A stretch of 64,000 bases of DNA from IMG/VR virus record IMGVR_UViG_3300037418_002259, one strand, 5' to 3'. The DNA is from an uncultured virus (IMG/VR IMGVR_UViG_3300037418_002259). Its lineage: Duplodnaviria; Heunggongvirae; Uroviricota; Caudoviricetes. A program made the position numbers and the translations under genes. Numbering within the stretch: position 1 is the first letter of the stretch; every line of letters starts with the position of its first letter. Shown here one piece after another: positions 37,208-46,383 of the stretch. Under the pieces are notes generated by a model that was not told the DNA's origin, did no database searches, and saw nothing but the letters and a program-made list of their open reading frames with translations.

Positions 37208-37907
37208 CCGAATCGGCGCGCTCAAGGCCGCGGCGACGCGCGTCGGTGTTTCCTTCGAGGTTTACTCCGCGCTGGTCGACAGCGGGCTCAAGTGGTGCCA
37301 CGGTTGCCAGGACTGGCATCTGCTCGATGACTTCGGGAACGACGCCAACCGCACCAGCGGGGTCGCCGCCCGGTGTCTCCCGAGCCGTCGCGTGCCGGCT
37401 CGGGAGAACTCCCCGGGTATCGCGGAACGTCGCACACAGGGCGCGCTCGGGCTCGCCTGGTGCCGTGGCTGCAAGGCATGGCTCCCCGTCTCCAAGGTAA
37501 CGGACCAGGGTGCGTGCAGACCGTGCACGAACGCGGAGGACCGCCAACGGTACGCGGCTAACCCCGAGCCCTACAGGGCACGCACCAACGCTAGAAAGCG
37601 TGGGCTCGAACCGATACCCACCTGGTGGGCGTACGACCGGCTGGAGAGGTTCGGCGGGCTGTGCGCCTACGGGTGCGGCCGGCCCGCCGATACCTGGGAC
37701 CACATCTGGCCGGTGAGCCGTGGTGGCCTCTCGACACCAGGCAACCTCGTCCCCGCCGATCGGTCATGCAACAGCAGGAAGAAGGCGAAGGACCCCGCTC
37801 CGTGGATCGACAAGGGCGCAGCGGCGTTCCCCATGGAGTGGCTTGACATCGCAGATCTCGCAATCCAGCACAACACCGATGAATGGCTCGAAGGGGCGGC
37901 GATTTAG
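37200..37907 (+). CDS. HNH homing-endonuclease-like protein with tandem Zn fingers
   Basis: KWCHGC and AWCRGC repeats; CAYGCG...TWDHIWPVSRGG...NLVPADRSCNSRK. Confidence 0.85.
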   Translation: MGSRIGALKAAATRVGVSFEVYSALVDSGLKWCHGCQDWHLLDDFGNDANRTSGVAARCLPSRRVPARENSPGIAERRTQGALGLAWCRGCKAWLPVSKVTDQGACRPCTNAEDRQRYAANPEPYRARTNARKRGLEPIPTWWAYDRLERFGGLCAYGCGRPADTWDHIWPVSRGGLSTPGNLVPADRSCNSRKKAKDPAPWIDKGAAAFPMEWLDIADLAIQHNTDEWLEGAAI

Positions 37908-38915
37908 ATGGGCGACAGGACAACTATCGAGTGGACGCGCGGAGAGGACGGCAGCGCCGGTGCGACCTGGAATCCTGTTACCGGCTGCACGCAGGTTTCG
38001 CCCGGATGTGACCACTGCTACGCGCTCACCCTCGCTGAGCGGTTCCGTGGTACGCCGGGCCACTACTTCGAGAACGGGTTCGACGTACAACTCCGGCCGG
38101 ACAAGCTTGGCTTGCCGCTGCGCTGGAAGAAGGCGCGCAAGGTGTTCGTCAACTCGATGAGCGACCTGTTCCACGACCAGGTCCCGACGGACTACATCGA
38201 GGACGTGTTCGCCGTGATGGCAGCTGCGCGGCAGCACACTTTCCAACTCCTCACCAAGCGCCACGCGCGCATGCGCAACCTCCTGAATCAGGGAGCGTTC
38301 TGGGCGAACGTGTACGACAAGTGGCGGCTCCAGTACGGCGGAGCCCGCGCCGACAACTGGGCCAAGCCGCTCCCGAACGTGTGGCTCGGCGTCTCCGTCG
38401 AAAACCAGCACTGGGCCGACATCCGCATCCCCGCGCTGCTCGATACCCCGGCCGCCGTGCGATGGCTGTCCTGCGAGCCGCTGCTCGGCCCGGTCGATCT
38501 GAAGCTGCTCGACTACTACGAGCCCGACCACGACAGCTGCTCCGGGATCCTGTCGCCCGCACATGAGCCGTCCTGCGGTGTCGAGCCCGGTGAGCACTGG
38601 GGGATCAACTGGGTCGTCGCCGGCGGCGAGTCCGGACGGAATGCCCGACCCATGCACCCCGACTGGGCACGGACTCTCCGCGACCAGTGTCAGCAGGCCG
38701 GCGTGCCATTCCTGTTCAAGCAGTGGGGTGAATGGGCGCCCGACGGCTACGTCGGCATGGGGCTACGGCAACCGGGTCAGGTGTACGTCCCGGACTCCAC
38801 CGTGAACTGCCACCCCGGCGAGGGCGCTGGCATGGCTCGCCTCGGAAAGAAGGCCGCCGGCCGCGAACTCGACGGCCGCGTCTGGGACGAGTACCCCGAG
38901 GCGGTACCGGCATGA
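37908..38915 (+). CDS. DUF5131 (phage Gp37/Gp68-like) protein
   Basis: TWNPVTGCTQVSPGCDHCYA, VFVNSMSDLFH, NVWLGVSVENQ, SCEPLLG, GGESG, FKQWG. Confidence 0.9.
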   Translation: MGDRTTIEWTRGEDGSAGATWNPVTGCTQVSPGCDHCYALTLAERFRGTPGHYFENGFDVQLRPDKLGLPLRWKKARKVFVNSMSDLFHDQVPTDYIEDVFAVMAAARQHTFQLLTKRHARMRNLLNQGAFWANVYDKWRLQYGGARADNWAKPLPNVWLGVSVENQHWADIRIPALLDTPAAVRWLSCEPLLGPVDLKLLDYYEPDHDSCSGILSPAHEPSCGVEPGEHWGINWVVAGGESGRNARPMHPDWARTLRDQCQQAGVPFLFKQWGEWAPDGYVGMGLRQPGQVYVPDSTVNCHPGEGAGMARLGKKAAGRELDGRVWDEYPEAVPA

Positions 38916-39232
38916 CCGCGCCGAAGCCGCCCCGACTCCTCGACGTCGAGGAGTGGCTCTACGTCGCGGGCACGCATGATGTGCACATCGCGGTCCGGAT
39001 CGCTGCCAGCGAGCACTCCTGGTTCAGCGACGCTGACCGGGACTTGCCGCTGGAGCACGTGCCCAGTCTCGCCGAGAAGCTGAGCGAGATGCTGACCACC
39101 GCCCACACGGACTGGATGCGGTGGATCCCGGCGAACCACGGCAACTGCATGTGCGGCTACGGCCATCGCCGCGATCTGTACCCCGCCGAGGCAGGAAGCC
39201 CCGGAGCCTTTCGAGTCGTTTGGTGGAACTGA
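38912..39232 (+). CDS. Hypothetical protein
   Basis: ATGA coupling. Confidence 0.65.
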   Translation: MTAPKPPRLLDVEEWLYVAGTHDVHIAVRIAASEHSWFSDADRDLPLEHVPSLAEKLSEMLTTAHTDWMRWIPANHGNCMCGYGHRRDLYPAEAGSPGAFRVVWWN

Positions 39233-39462
39233 TGACCCTTGGAGAACTGACCGCGCACCACATCGGCCGCGCGGTCCGCGTGAAGCCTGGCGTCGACGCG
39301 CAGGTGGTCGACAGCGTCAGGCACTACCCGATCCCGGACCCCGACATAAAGAACGGCGTACTGCGGCGTACTTCCGTCATGCTCCGCTCGAACGTGAAGG
39401 CCGGCGAGCTGAACGAGCACATCGGCGGCTCGACAGACCAGGTGGTGCTGGTCAATGGCTGA
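39232..39462 (+). CDS. Hypothetical protein
   Basis: TGATG coupling. Confidence 0.6.
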   Translation: MTLGELTAHHIGRAVRVKPGVDAQVVDSVRHYPIPDPDIKNGVLRRTSVMLRSNVKAGELNEHIGGSTDQVVLVNG

Positions 39463-39961
39463 GACACCGATCCGGCTTGGTCTGCCGCTGCCCCTGGACG
39501 TCGTCATCAGCCTGACGAACGCGATCGGCGCGATGTACCCGTCGGCGAAGATCAAGACCAACTCCGGCTACGAGGAGATGGTCATCGTGATCGACGATGA
39601 CCAGCGGCGGCCGCGGGTTGGGAAGAAGAAACTCGCGGCCGCGAAGAACACCAGCGAGGACCCGGCCAACGAGCAGGACGTGCTCGCCTGGGATGACGAT
39701 CACCTCGTGACCTCGACCCCCGAAGAGTTGTCGCTGTACCTCGGAGGTGCGTGCGCGCACCTGCTCGCATCGAACGAGTCGGCAGTGAACTACATGGAGA
39801 TGCAGGTGACCTACAAGGGCAAGCCGTACGTCGTCGCGGCATGCCGATCGAAGGGGCAGACGCCGCACGCGTTGCGGATGAAGGCCGAGCAAGAGCGTGA
39901 CGCCGCGCTGGCCGAGGTCGAGCGGCTCCGCGCCGAACTGGTGGAGATGCGCGGTGCCTAG
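39455..39961 (+). CDS. Hypothetical protein
   Basis: Overlap coupling; NYMEMQ...GQTPHALR motif. Confidence 0.7.
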   Translation: MAETPIRLGLPLPLDVVISLTNAIGAMYPSAKIKTNSGYEEMVIVIDDDQRRPRVGKKKLAAAKNTSEDPANEQDVLAWDDDHLVTSTPEELSLYLGGACAHLLASNESAVNYMEMQVTYKGKPYVVAACRSKGQTPHALRMKAEQERDAALAEVERLRAELVEMRGA

Positions 39962-40484
39962 ACCGCTGAAGGAGATCCTCATGGAGCATCCTGACGTGCA
40001 GGTCCGGTTCTGGGTCTGCCCGATCAAGTCACACAGCAGCGGGCCGTTGCGGGTGACCGTCGAATGGGACGCGGACGGCGTCGCGCATTGCACCAAACCA
40101 GGCTGCACGTTCACGTCCCTGACCCCTCCCCCGATCGAAGACATGCCGCCGCTGTTCCACTGGTCGCCGACCGACCGTCGGCCACGGATCAACCGGCACG
40201 GGCTCCGCGTCGGACAGAAACCAGTCACCCATACGGAGAAGTTCCGTGCGCCGTACCTGTGCTTCGCTGAGACGCCCTCGTGGGCGTGGGCGCTGTCCGG
40301 CATGCGCGACGAGCGGACACCCCGTCAGCCGGGCTCGTGGGACCTGTGGCAGGTCAACGTGAACGGGAAGCGCGGCGAGGTCGTCCAGACGTACGACGAC
40401 GACCACCGGTGGCATGAGGTGCGGATCCACGAAACGCTGCGGTCGAAGCGGCTTCTGTACCTCGCGACGAGAGTGATCGCCTGA
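39954..40484 (+). CDS. Hypothetical protein (LFHWSP...INRHGLR; possible ART-like fold)
   Basis: GGAG RBS; fold assignment is a weak inference from the H-W-S...I...GL pattern. Confidence 0.6.
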   Translation: MPRPLKEILMEHPDVQVRFWVCPIKSHSSGPLRVTVEWDADGVAHCTKPGCTFTSLTPPPIEDMPPLFHWSPTDRRPRINRHGLRVGQKPVTHTEKFRAPYLCFAETPSWAWALSGMRDERTPRQPGSWDLWQVNVNGKRGEVVQTYDDDHRWHEVRIHETLRSKRLLYLATRVIA

Positions 40485-40774
40485 TGGCCGAGCGGATCCA
40501 GCGGAAGCGGGCGAAGGGCTGGCGGATGCCCGCTGGCGCGGTCTACGTCGGACGCCCGACCGTTTGGGGGAACCCGTTCGCGGTCCACCAGCGCATGCTG
40601 TGGACTCCCGCCGTAGTGGTCGAACTGTATGAGGGTTTCCTCGCCGAGCACCCCGAGATCGCGGAAGCAGCACGAGCGGAGCTAGCCGGCCGCGATCTCG
40701 CGTGCTGGTGTCGGCTGGATCAGCCGTGCCACGCTGACACCCTGTTGCGCGTGGCTGCCGGAAAGAAGGTCTGA
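40484..40774 (+). CDS. DUF4326-family protein
   Basis: VYVGRPTVWGNPF; ELAGRDLACWC...CHADTL. Confidence 0.85.
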   Translation: MAERIQRKRAKGWRMPAGAVYVGRPTVWGNPFAVHQRMLWTPAVVVELYEGFLAEHPEIAEAARAELAGRDLACWCRLDQPCHADTLLRVAAGKKV

Positions 40775-41043
40775 TGAAGCGGCGATGGATCACGCGGTTC
40801 GATGTCGCGATCGGCGCAGACAACGAGGACAACCTCGCCCATGCGCTCGACCTCGCAACATCGAAGCCGCTCGATGAGATCATCGGACGGCCCCGAACCA
40901 CGCTGTGCGGGATAGCTGTACCGCACGGACAAGCCTCGTGGTACTACGCGACACCCGCGCAGCTCGCACACCGTGACCTGTGCGGCACCTGCTCGTACCT
41001 CTCGGGGCGTACGACCGTCGAGGACATCAAAGCCGCCGGCTAG
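40774..41043 (+). CDS. Small Zn-binding hypothetical protein (TLCG...CGTC)
   Basis: TGATG coupling. Confidence 0.65.
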   Translation: MKRRWITRFDVAIGADNEDNLAHALDLATSKPLDEIIGRPRTTLCGIAVPHGQASWYYATPAQLAHRDLCGTCSYLSGRTTVEDIKAAG

Positions 41044-41079
41044 CTCGACGCGACACTAAGCAGGTGGGCGGGGCAACGT
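41044..41079 (+). promoter_or_regulatory. Class B promoter
   Basis: CTCGACGCGACACTAAG-13nt-CAACGT, 7 nt before ATG 41087. Confidence 0.75.
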
Positions 41080-41086
41080 CAGCCCC

Positions 41087-41734
41087 ATGACCGACTCTGA
41101 CCCCGGAACCACGCCTAGCTCCCAGCGCAACTGGGGCTCGTTCCTTCAGCGCATCGCCTTCCTCGACACCAGCCCTGAGGGGCCGGGCTCGCCGCCGATC
41201 CACGTCGCGCAATCGCTGCTGCTGGACGGTGTCGAACACCCCGAACTCCTCGACCCGCGGTACGGCTGGCAGGTGTTCACCACGGGGACCAGCGAGACCC
41301 GGGTTTCTTTCGTCGCCAACGCCGAGTACGTCGAAATGGGCACGGACCACCGCGCGCTGTGCGGCATTCCTGTTCTGTGCCCGCGCCAGGAGGACGCTCC
41401 CTGGGAGTACGTCTCCGAGGACGAGATCCGGGCCGTCGAGGCGGACTGGCGGCGCTATGTCAATCGGAGCGACTTGGACGAGGACCCGCTGTACGAGGTG
41501 CGCGGCTACAGGCTTTACCCGTACGCGAGAGTGCAGGAACCGCCGAAGCTGATCCGTGTCTGCGTGCAGGTCCGAGAGGTTCTGATCGTCGCCGCGCAGC
41601 CGAAGGCCGGCGACCGGGTCACCGATGGCGGGTTCGTCGGGACGCTGGTCAAGTGCGAGCAGTGCAGTGGCGACGGCCTGCTGCACCAGCCGGACCCGGA
41701 CCAGATGCCCTCTGCGCAGGAGCCGTCCGCATGA
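41087..41734 (+). CDS. Hypothetical protein, probably leaderless
   Basis: No RBS; ATG at predicted +1. Confidence 0.7.
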   Translation: MTDSDPGTTPSSQRNWGSFLQRIAFLDTSPEGPGSPPIHVAQSLLLDGVEHPELLDPRYGWQVFTTGTSETRVSFVANAEYVEMGTDHRALCGIPVLCPRQEDAPWEYVSEDEIRAVEADWRRYVNRSDLDEDPLYEVRGYRLYPYARVQEPPKLIRVCVQVREVLIVAAQPKAGDRVTDGGFVGTLVKCEQCSGDGLLHQPDPDQMPSAQEPSA

Positions 41735-42138
41735 TCAGCGCGCGGGTCGACACCGGCGACCAGATGATGATCCGGGACCGTATCCGCGTCGTGGCCTGGT
41801 ACGAAGACGGCCGCGACCGGGTCGTCCTCGGGCGGGGTGCGTCCGGCGGCGAGTACCCCTTCCGGGCCCGCGCCGATGGGACCGAGGCTGAGCCGCTGCC
41901 CGAAGGCGCGTCGCTGTACATGCTCGACGCTCGCCGCGACGTCGCGTACGCCGCCTATCTGGCGCTTAAGGAGCACTTCGAGCCGAAGACGCCGGTGCCG
42001 ACCGCGGCCGATCAGGCGTACCACGATGCGCGTGCCGACCTGCAGCGCGCTCACGCCCTGGTCGACAAGCTGATCGACGTAGTCGCGCGGCCACCCTTGG
42101 CGATCAGCGGAACCGTCCTGACAACTGAGCCGACATGA
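41731..42138 (+). CDS. Hypothetical protein
   Basis: AGGAG RBS; ATGA coupling. Confidence 0.7.
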   Translation: MISARVDTGDQMMIRDRIRVVAWYEDGRDRVVLGRGASGGEYPFRARADGTEAEPLPEGASLYMLDARRDVAYAAYLALKEHFEPKTPVPTAADQAYHDARADLQRAHALVDKLIDVVARPPLAISGTVLTTEPT

Positions 42139-42152
42139 CCGGCGTTGGATCG

Positions 42153-42227
42153 TTGCCCCAGCCTGCTAAGGGTGTGTACGCTCGGGGGGAGGTGGAAGAG
42201 CAGCCACCCGGACTAGGAGACCCGATC
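42153..42227 (+). promoter_or_regulatory. Class A promoter + leader hairpin + RBS
   Basis: TTGCCC-18nt-TACGCT; GGTGG-AAGAGCAG-CCACC (42191-42208); AGGAGACC. Confidence 0.85.
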
Positions 42228-42734
42228 ATGCAGTTCGTCGTAGAGCACAACGAGAACATCACCTACGAGCGGGCCCGCGGAACCGCGTGGTCCGTCAGGG
42301 ATCTCGACGGCACCCTCCTCGGGACCATCTCGCACGGTGACGCAGGCTGGCGGGTGTTCTCCGCCGGCTGGGGCGTGAAGGTCGACCACAACCAGGTCCA
42401 CCGCGCGAAGGATCTCGCGATCGCGGCTCTCGTCGCGGCCCGCGAAGAGGCCTCCAAGCCGGGCGGCGCGCTCGCCGTCGAGCACGGTCTCACCGGGCTT
42501 GAGCGGGCAATGATCGACATGCAGCGCAAGTACGCCATGGTCACCGATGCGGCAAAGATCAGCCGCGTGATCTGGGAACAATTCGGCATGTTGCCGACAC
42601 AGTTCTACGTCCGCTGGAACGCGCTCATCGACGCCCCCGCAGCGCTTGAGTACGACCCGCACGTCATCACCCGGCACCAGCGGCTCCGCGATGACCGCAA
42701 GGCCAAGCGCACCCGCACCGCGGTGCCTGCGTAA
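42228..42734 (+). CDS. Protein with C-terminal DUF3263-like domain
   Basis: IWEQFGMLPTQFYVRWNALIDAPAALEYDPHVITRHQRLR. Confidence 0.7.
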   Translation: MQFVVEHNENITYERARGTAWSVRDLDGTLLGTISHGDAGWRVFSAGWGVKVDHNQVHRAKDLAIAALVAAREEASKPGGALAVEHGLTGLERAMIDMQRKYAMVTDAAKISRVIWEQFGMLPTQFYVRWNALIDAPAALEYDPHVITRHQRLRDDRKAKRTRTAVPA

Positions 42735-42756
42735 TCCCCTGAGAGGACCATCCCCT

Positions 42757-43311
42757 GTGTCCAAGATTTCGATCAGCCAGTACCTGGCGGCCGACGTCGA
42801 CGAGGTAGACGTCGACACGATCGGCCGATCCGTGCTCAACGAGTACGCCCGCGCCCATGGACTGCACATCACCGGCGACGTCGAGCGCGTGTCTGACGCG
42901 TTCGTCGTCGGTGTGCGACTGCCTGACGTCGACGGCACCATGTCCGTCAAGCACGTCCCAATCGACTCGCCGCTCGCCGAAGGCCACACCACCCCCGATG
43001 CTCGCATGGTCACGTGGGCCGTCGAGACCGAGGCCACGACTGCCGACCCCGCGCCGCACCTCATCGGCACGATCGGCAATGACGGGGCCACGCATGTGCT
43101 GGTGCCCGCAGAGATCGTCGAGCAGGGCGGCATGATCGCGTTCGTTCACAACCTCGGCAACAGCGACGTGCTGATCACCGCGTACGCCGCTGACGGCTCG
43201 CCGGTCGGCTACGAGTTCGCGACCGAGATCAGCGACAACGAGCACCAGATGCTGCTGCCGCCCGGCGTGAGCCACCTCCAAGCCGTCATCGACACCGAGG
43301 AGAACCAGTGA
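42757..43311 (+). CDS. Acidic hypothetical protein
   Basis: GAGGA RBS. Confidence 0.65.
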   Translation: MSKISISQYLAADVDEVDVDTIGRSVLNEYARAHGLHITGDVERVSDAFVVGVRLPDVDGTMSVKHVPIDSPLAEGHTTPDARMVTWAVETEATTADPAPHLIGTIGNDGATHVLVPAEIVEQGGMIAFVHNLGNSDVLITAYAADGSPVGYEFATEISDNEHQMLLPPGVSHLQAVIDTEENQ

Positions 43312-44006
43312 CACGCCGCCCTTGGACACCTGACCGGATCGTGCTCGCCCAGGGCGAGAGGCTCGTGGAGTCGTCCCCCAAGCGGGCATGTAACCGCTGC
43401 TTCGCCGTGCTGGGCGATCTCACCGACACGGAGCTGGCGACTGCGACGCTCGGCCGGCGACTGCCGCCCGTCCACGGCGAGTGCCCGCACTGCCTCGGCT
43501 ACCACACCGTGCTGGTCGAGCCGGCGCAGCCGACCGAGCCCGGCGCGGCTGAGACCCCTCTCCTCCCCGCCGTGCTGCGGTGTCCTGGCACACCGGCTGG
43601 AAAGCTGGCCCGAGGAGTCCTGGCGATCGCGAGCTGCTGCACGTGGCAGCGGTGCGGCTGCGTGTTCGGTAAGGATATCGAGTACCCGTCTGCGGAATGG
43701 GTCGAGTTCCTGGACGCGCACTGCCCGACCTCGCCGACCGGCGAGCACAGGCACCTGATCGAGCGCGACGTCGACGGTACGCCGTACGTCGGCGCTCCGG
43801 TCGCCGGCACCTGCCGCTACGTCGACGCGCTGGCACGGCTGAGGGGCCAGTCCGAGGACGGGGCCGTCCTGGACCGGCTGGTCGCGGACTTCGCCACCGG
43901 TCCCGGGCTGTACGCGGTCGAGATCGAGGAGTTCGACCCGGACACGCTCGTGTTCGAGCCGCTCGACATCACGTCCCACGTGCCCGCGGAGGTGGCCCCG
44001 CTGTGA
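43308..44006 (+). CDS. Cys-rich hypothetical protein
   Basis: GAGGAG RBS; GTGA coupling. Confidence 0.7.
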   Translation: MTRRPWTPDRIVLAQGERLVESSPKRACNRCFAVLGDLTDTELATATLGRRLPPVHGECPHCLGYHTVLVEPAQPTEPGAAETPLLPAVLRCPGTPAGKLARGVLAIASCCTWQRCGCVFGKDIEYPSAEWVEFLDAHCPTSPTGEHRHLIERDVDGTPYVGAPVAGTCRYVDALARLRGQSEDGAVLDRLVADFATGPGLYAVEIEEFDPDTLVFEPLDITSHVPAEVAPL

Positions 44007-44452
44007 CGTTCCTACGCGCGATCGTTGACCAGCAGTTGCAGGAGGCGTTCGGCGAGGTCGGCACGATGGAACCGCCGCTGTTCCCAGCGGATGCCGTCGA
44101 CCAGCCGTACGAGTGGAACAACAACACCATCGCGATTCCCCGAGGCATGGCCGTCGATTTCGGCTTGGTCGAGCCGACGCCGCAGGAGGCAGCAGACATG
44201 GCTGCCACCCGGGCGTGGGCCCGCCAGTGGCATGCCGACCGCCATCAGCGCCGCGCGGAGTGGTTCTCCGCTGTGCGGGACGCGTGCTACCCGGATGCGG
44301 TGGCCATGCTGGACCTACACGTCCCCGACGACGACATAGGCGACTGCGAGGCATGCACGATCGACCCGTACGACGCACGCGTCCCGTGGCCCTGCGCGAC
44401 CCTGCTGGCGGCAGCTGAGTTCGTCGGCATCCCCGAACCGGAGGGCATCTGA
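44003..44452 (+). CDS. Hypothetical protein (LDLHVP...CEAC...WPCAT)
   Basis: GGAGG RBS; GTGA coupling. Confidence 0.7.
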   Translation: MTFLRAIVDQQLQEAFGEVGTMEPPLFPADAVDQPYEWNNNTIAIPRGMAVDFGLVEPTPQEAADMAATRAWARQWHADRHQRRAEWFSAVRDACYPDAVAMLDLHVPDDDIGDCEACTIDPYDARVPWPCATLLAAAEFVGIPEPEGI

Positions 44453-44664
44453 TGGCGCTCGAACCCGTGTTCCTCGACGTCATCGACGGCGCGCAGTGGA
44501 TCCAGGTCGACCGGCGCACCGTCCGCATGTTCGTGTGGAAGGGCGGCGACACGGTCGGCGTGTATTCGATCGAGAACGGCGAGAGCCTCGACGACTGGCC
44601 GTGTCAGGCGTCGGAGGAGTCGGCTGCGCAGGTTGTCGCCGAGCGCTGTAACAGCGGCTACTAG
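44452..44664 (+). CDS. Small hypothetical protein
   Basis: GGAGG RBS; TGATG coupling. Confidence 0.65.
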   Translation: MALEPVFLDVIDGAQWIQVDRRTVRMFVWKGGDTVGVYSIENGESLDDWPCQASEESAAQVVAERCNSGY

Positions 44665-44680
44665 ACCGGCAAACCATCGC

Positions 44681-44755
44681 TTGCATGATCACGCTAAGCG
44701 GGTGTACGGTCTGGGGTGTTGGGGAAGAGCAGCCCCACAGAACAGGAGACCAACC
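44681..44755 (+). promoter_or_regulatory. Class A promoter + leader hairpin + RBS
   Basis: TTGCAT-18nt-TACGGT; TGGGG-AAGAGCAG-CCCCA (44720-44737); AGGAGACC. Confidence 0.85.
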
Positions 44756-45055
44756 GTGACCACACTCGCCACGATCCCGATCGTTGCCCGCGAGGCCGAG
44801 AAGCTCATCAGCGCGTTCACGCTCACCGCGATCCACGCCCGCGACATCATGGTCGACCGGCACGGCGTACTCAGCTTCTTCTACGGCCCTGGCCTCCGAC
44901 GCCCCCGCCGCGTCGAGATCGCCCAGACCGCGCCCGATGTCTACTCGGTCCAGATCGGGCACGTCGACACCGTGACACACGACCTGGTCATCGACCACGT
45001 CGAGCACGACGTACCGGCCGCGCGTCTGCGCGAAACGGTCCGCGAACTTACCTGA
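44756..45055 (+). CDS. Hypothetical protein
   Basis: RBS; first gene after promoter. Confidence 0.7.
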   Translation: MTTLATIPIVAREAEKLISAFTLTAIHARDIMVDRHGVLSFFYGPGLRRPRRVEIAQTAPDVYSVQIGHVDTVTHDLVIDHVEHDVPAARLRETVRELT

Positions 45056-45190
45056 CAGATCTGGTCTAGCCTGCGTCACTCAGCGTACGTACAGTGGCGC
45101 AGGCGGCGGTACGGATGGCTCATCCAGGGTTCAAGACCCGGCGTACCACCATCGCTCCAATGGGGGGCGATTTCAGAAGGGGATTTCTCT

Positions 45191-46156
45191 ATGTTCCAAA
45201 GCATCAAGGGCCGGCGGCTCGCCGGCGGAGTGTCGGCGCTCGCGCTGGCTGCGTCCGTCGTCGCGATCTCGGCAGTCGGCGGCTCGTCCGCAGACGCCAG
45301 CATCACCGCGCGCTGCACCATCAACGGTCAGGCGACAGTCTGCTACCCGCTCGACCGGAACTCGGTCGCCAGTGACCAGATCGTCAACTACTCGATCGGC
45401 GCGAACGACCTGAACAAGAACCTGTACGCCGCCCTGCTCGGCGTACCGGCGAACGGCATCAACAGCACGACGCAGGTGAAGGACGGCACCATCACCGAGC
45501 CCGACCTTGCGAAGGCCGTCCAGGACAAGCTGAACGACAAGGGCCCGGCGTACCTGAAGCACTGGGGCACGATCTCCCGGAACGTGATCGGGAACGCTGA
45601 CGCCGAGCTGGCGACGACGTCGACCGCGGCCCCGGCGGGCGACGGCGCACTGCACATTCACGCCGCGTCGGCCGCGGACGCGGTCTCGTGGGGTAACGAG
45701 GTCGACTTCAAGGACATGGCAGTGAAGGATCTGCTGCCGATCGGGTTCTCCGTCTACACCACGGGCGAGAACAGCGCCCTGGGCAACAACATGCCGAAGA
45801 TCGTGTTCGAGATCGACCCGAACGTGGCTGCGGTCAACTCGAACTACGCGTCGCTGGTCTACCTGCCGGAGAACGGTACGGCGAACACCTGGACGAACTT
45901 CAACGCGACGGCTGACACGGGCAAGCACTGGGGCCTGTCCGGGTCGCTCTTCAACGGCACGCCGTGCTCGCTCAACGGAGCCCGGTGCACCTGGAACGAG
46001 ATGATGGAGTACCTGAACGACGGCGGCGACCCGGCCACCGTGCTCACCGCTGGCGTCGGCCACGGCCGCGACTACGCCGGTTCGTGGGACGTTGACCTGC
46101 TGAAGTTCGGCGGGAAGACGTACGACTTCGAGCCGGGCGGCGTACTCGTCAAGTAG
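45191..46156 (+). CDS. Secreted protein with Sec signal peptide
   Basis: KGRR + hydrophobic core + SADA cleavage site; Asn/Gly-rich mature region. Confidence 0.8.
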   Translation: MFQSIKGRRLAGGVSALALAASVVAISAVGGSSADASITARCTINGQATVCYPLDRNSVASDQIVNYSIGANDLNKNLYAALLGVPANGINSTTQVKDGTITEPDLAKAVQDKLNDKGPAYLKHWGTISRNVIGNADAELATTSTAAPAGDGALHIHAASAADAVSWGNEVDFKDMAVKDLLPIGFSVYTTGENSALGNNMPKIVFEIDPNVAAVNSNYASLVYLPENGTANTWTNFNATADTGKHWGLSGSLFNGTPCSLNGARCTWNEMMEYLNDGGDPATVLTAGVGHGRDYAGSWDVDLLKFGGKTYDFEPGGVLVK

Positions 46157-46170
46157 CTCGACCGCAGTAC

Positions 46171-46207
46171 GGCGGGGCGTCTCTCATCGGGTGGGAGACG
46201 CCCCGTT
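46171..46207 (+). terminator. Intrinsic terminator hairpin
   Basis: GGCGGGGCGTCTCTCA...TGGGAGACGCCCCGTT. Confidence 0.7.
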
Positions 46208-46232
46208 CTCATGCCCGCTCAACGCCGGGTCC

Positions 46233-46305
46233 TCGCCCATGTGGCTAAGCGGGTGTACGCTATAGCGGATGGTCGGGAAGAGCGCCCCGGCCCACATCGA
46301 AGGAG
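46233..46305 (+). promoter_or_regulatory. Class A promoter + leader hairpin + RBS
   Basis: TCGCCC-17nt-TACGCT; GGTCGGG-AAGAGCGC-CCCGGCC (46271-46292); AAGGAGA. Confidence 0.8.
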
Positions 46306-46383
46306 ATGAGACACCGCCTGCCCCCGCTGTCCGGACCCACTCCCCTGCCCACGGGGGGCACCCCCACCACCACAGGAGACCCC

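Noticed and set aside
37200..37907. Group I intron or intein carrying the HNH gene
   Set aside because: No non-coding space for intron core elements, no intein terminal residues, and the downstream DUF5131 gene has its own complete start.
46306..46383. Separate upstream leader peptide
   Set aside because: It is in frame with the downstream gene and has no stop, so it is treated as an alternative start.
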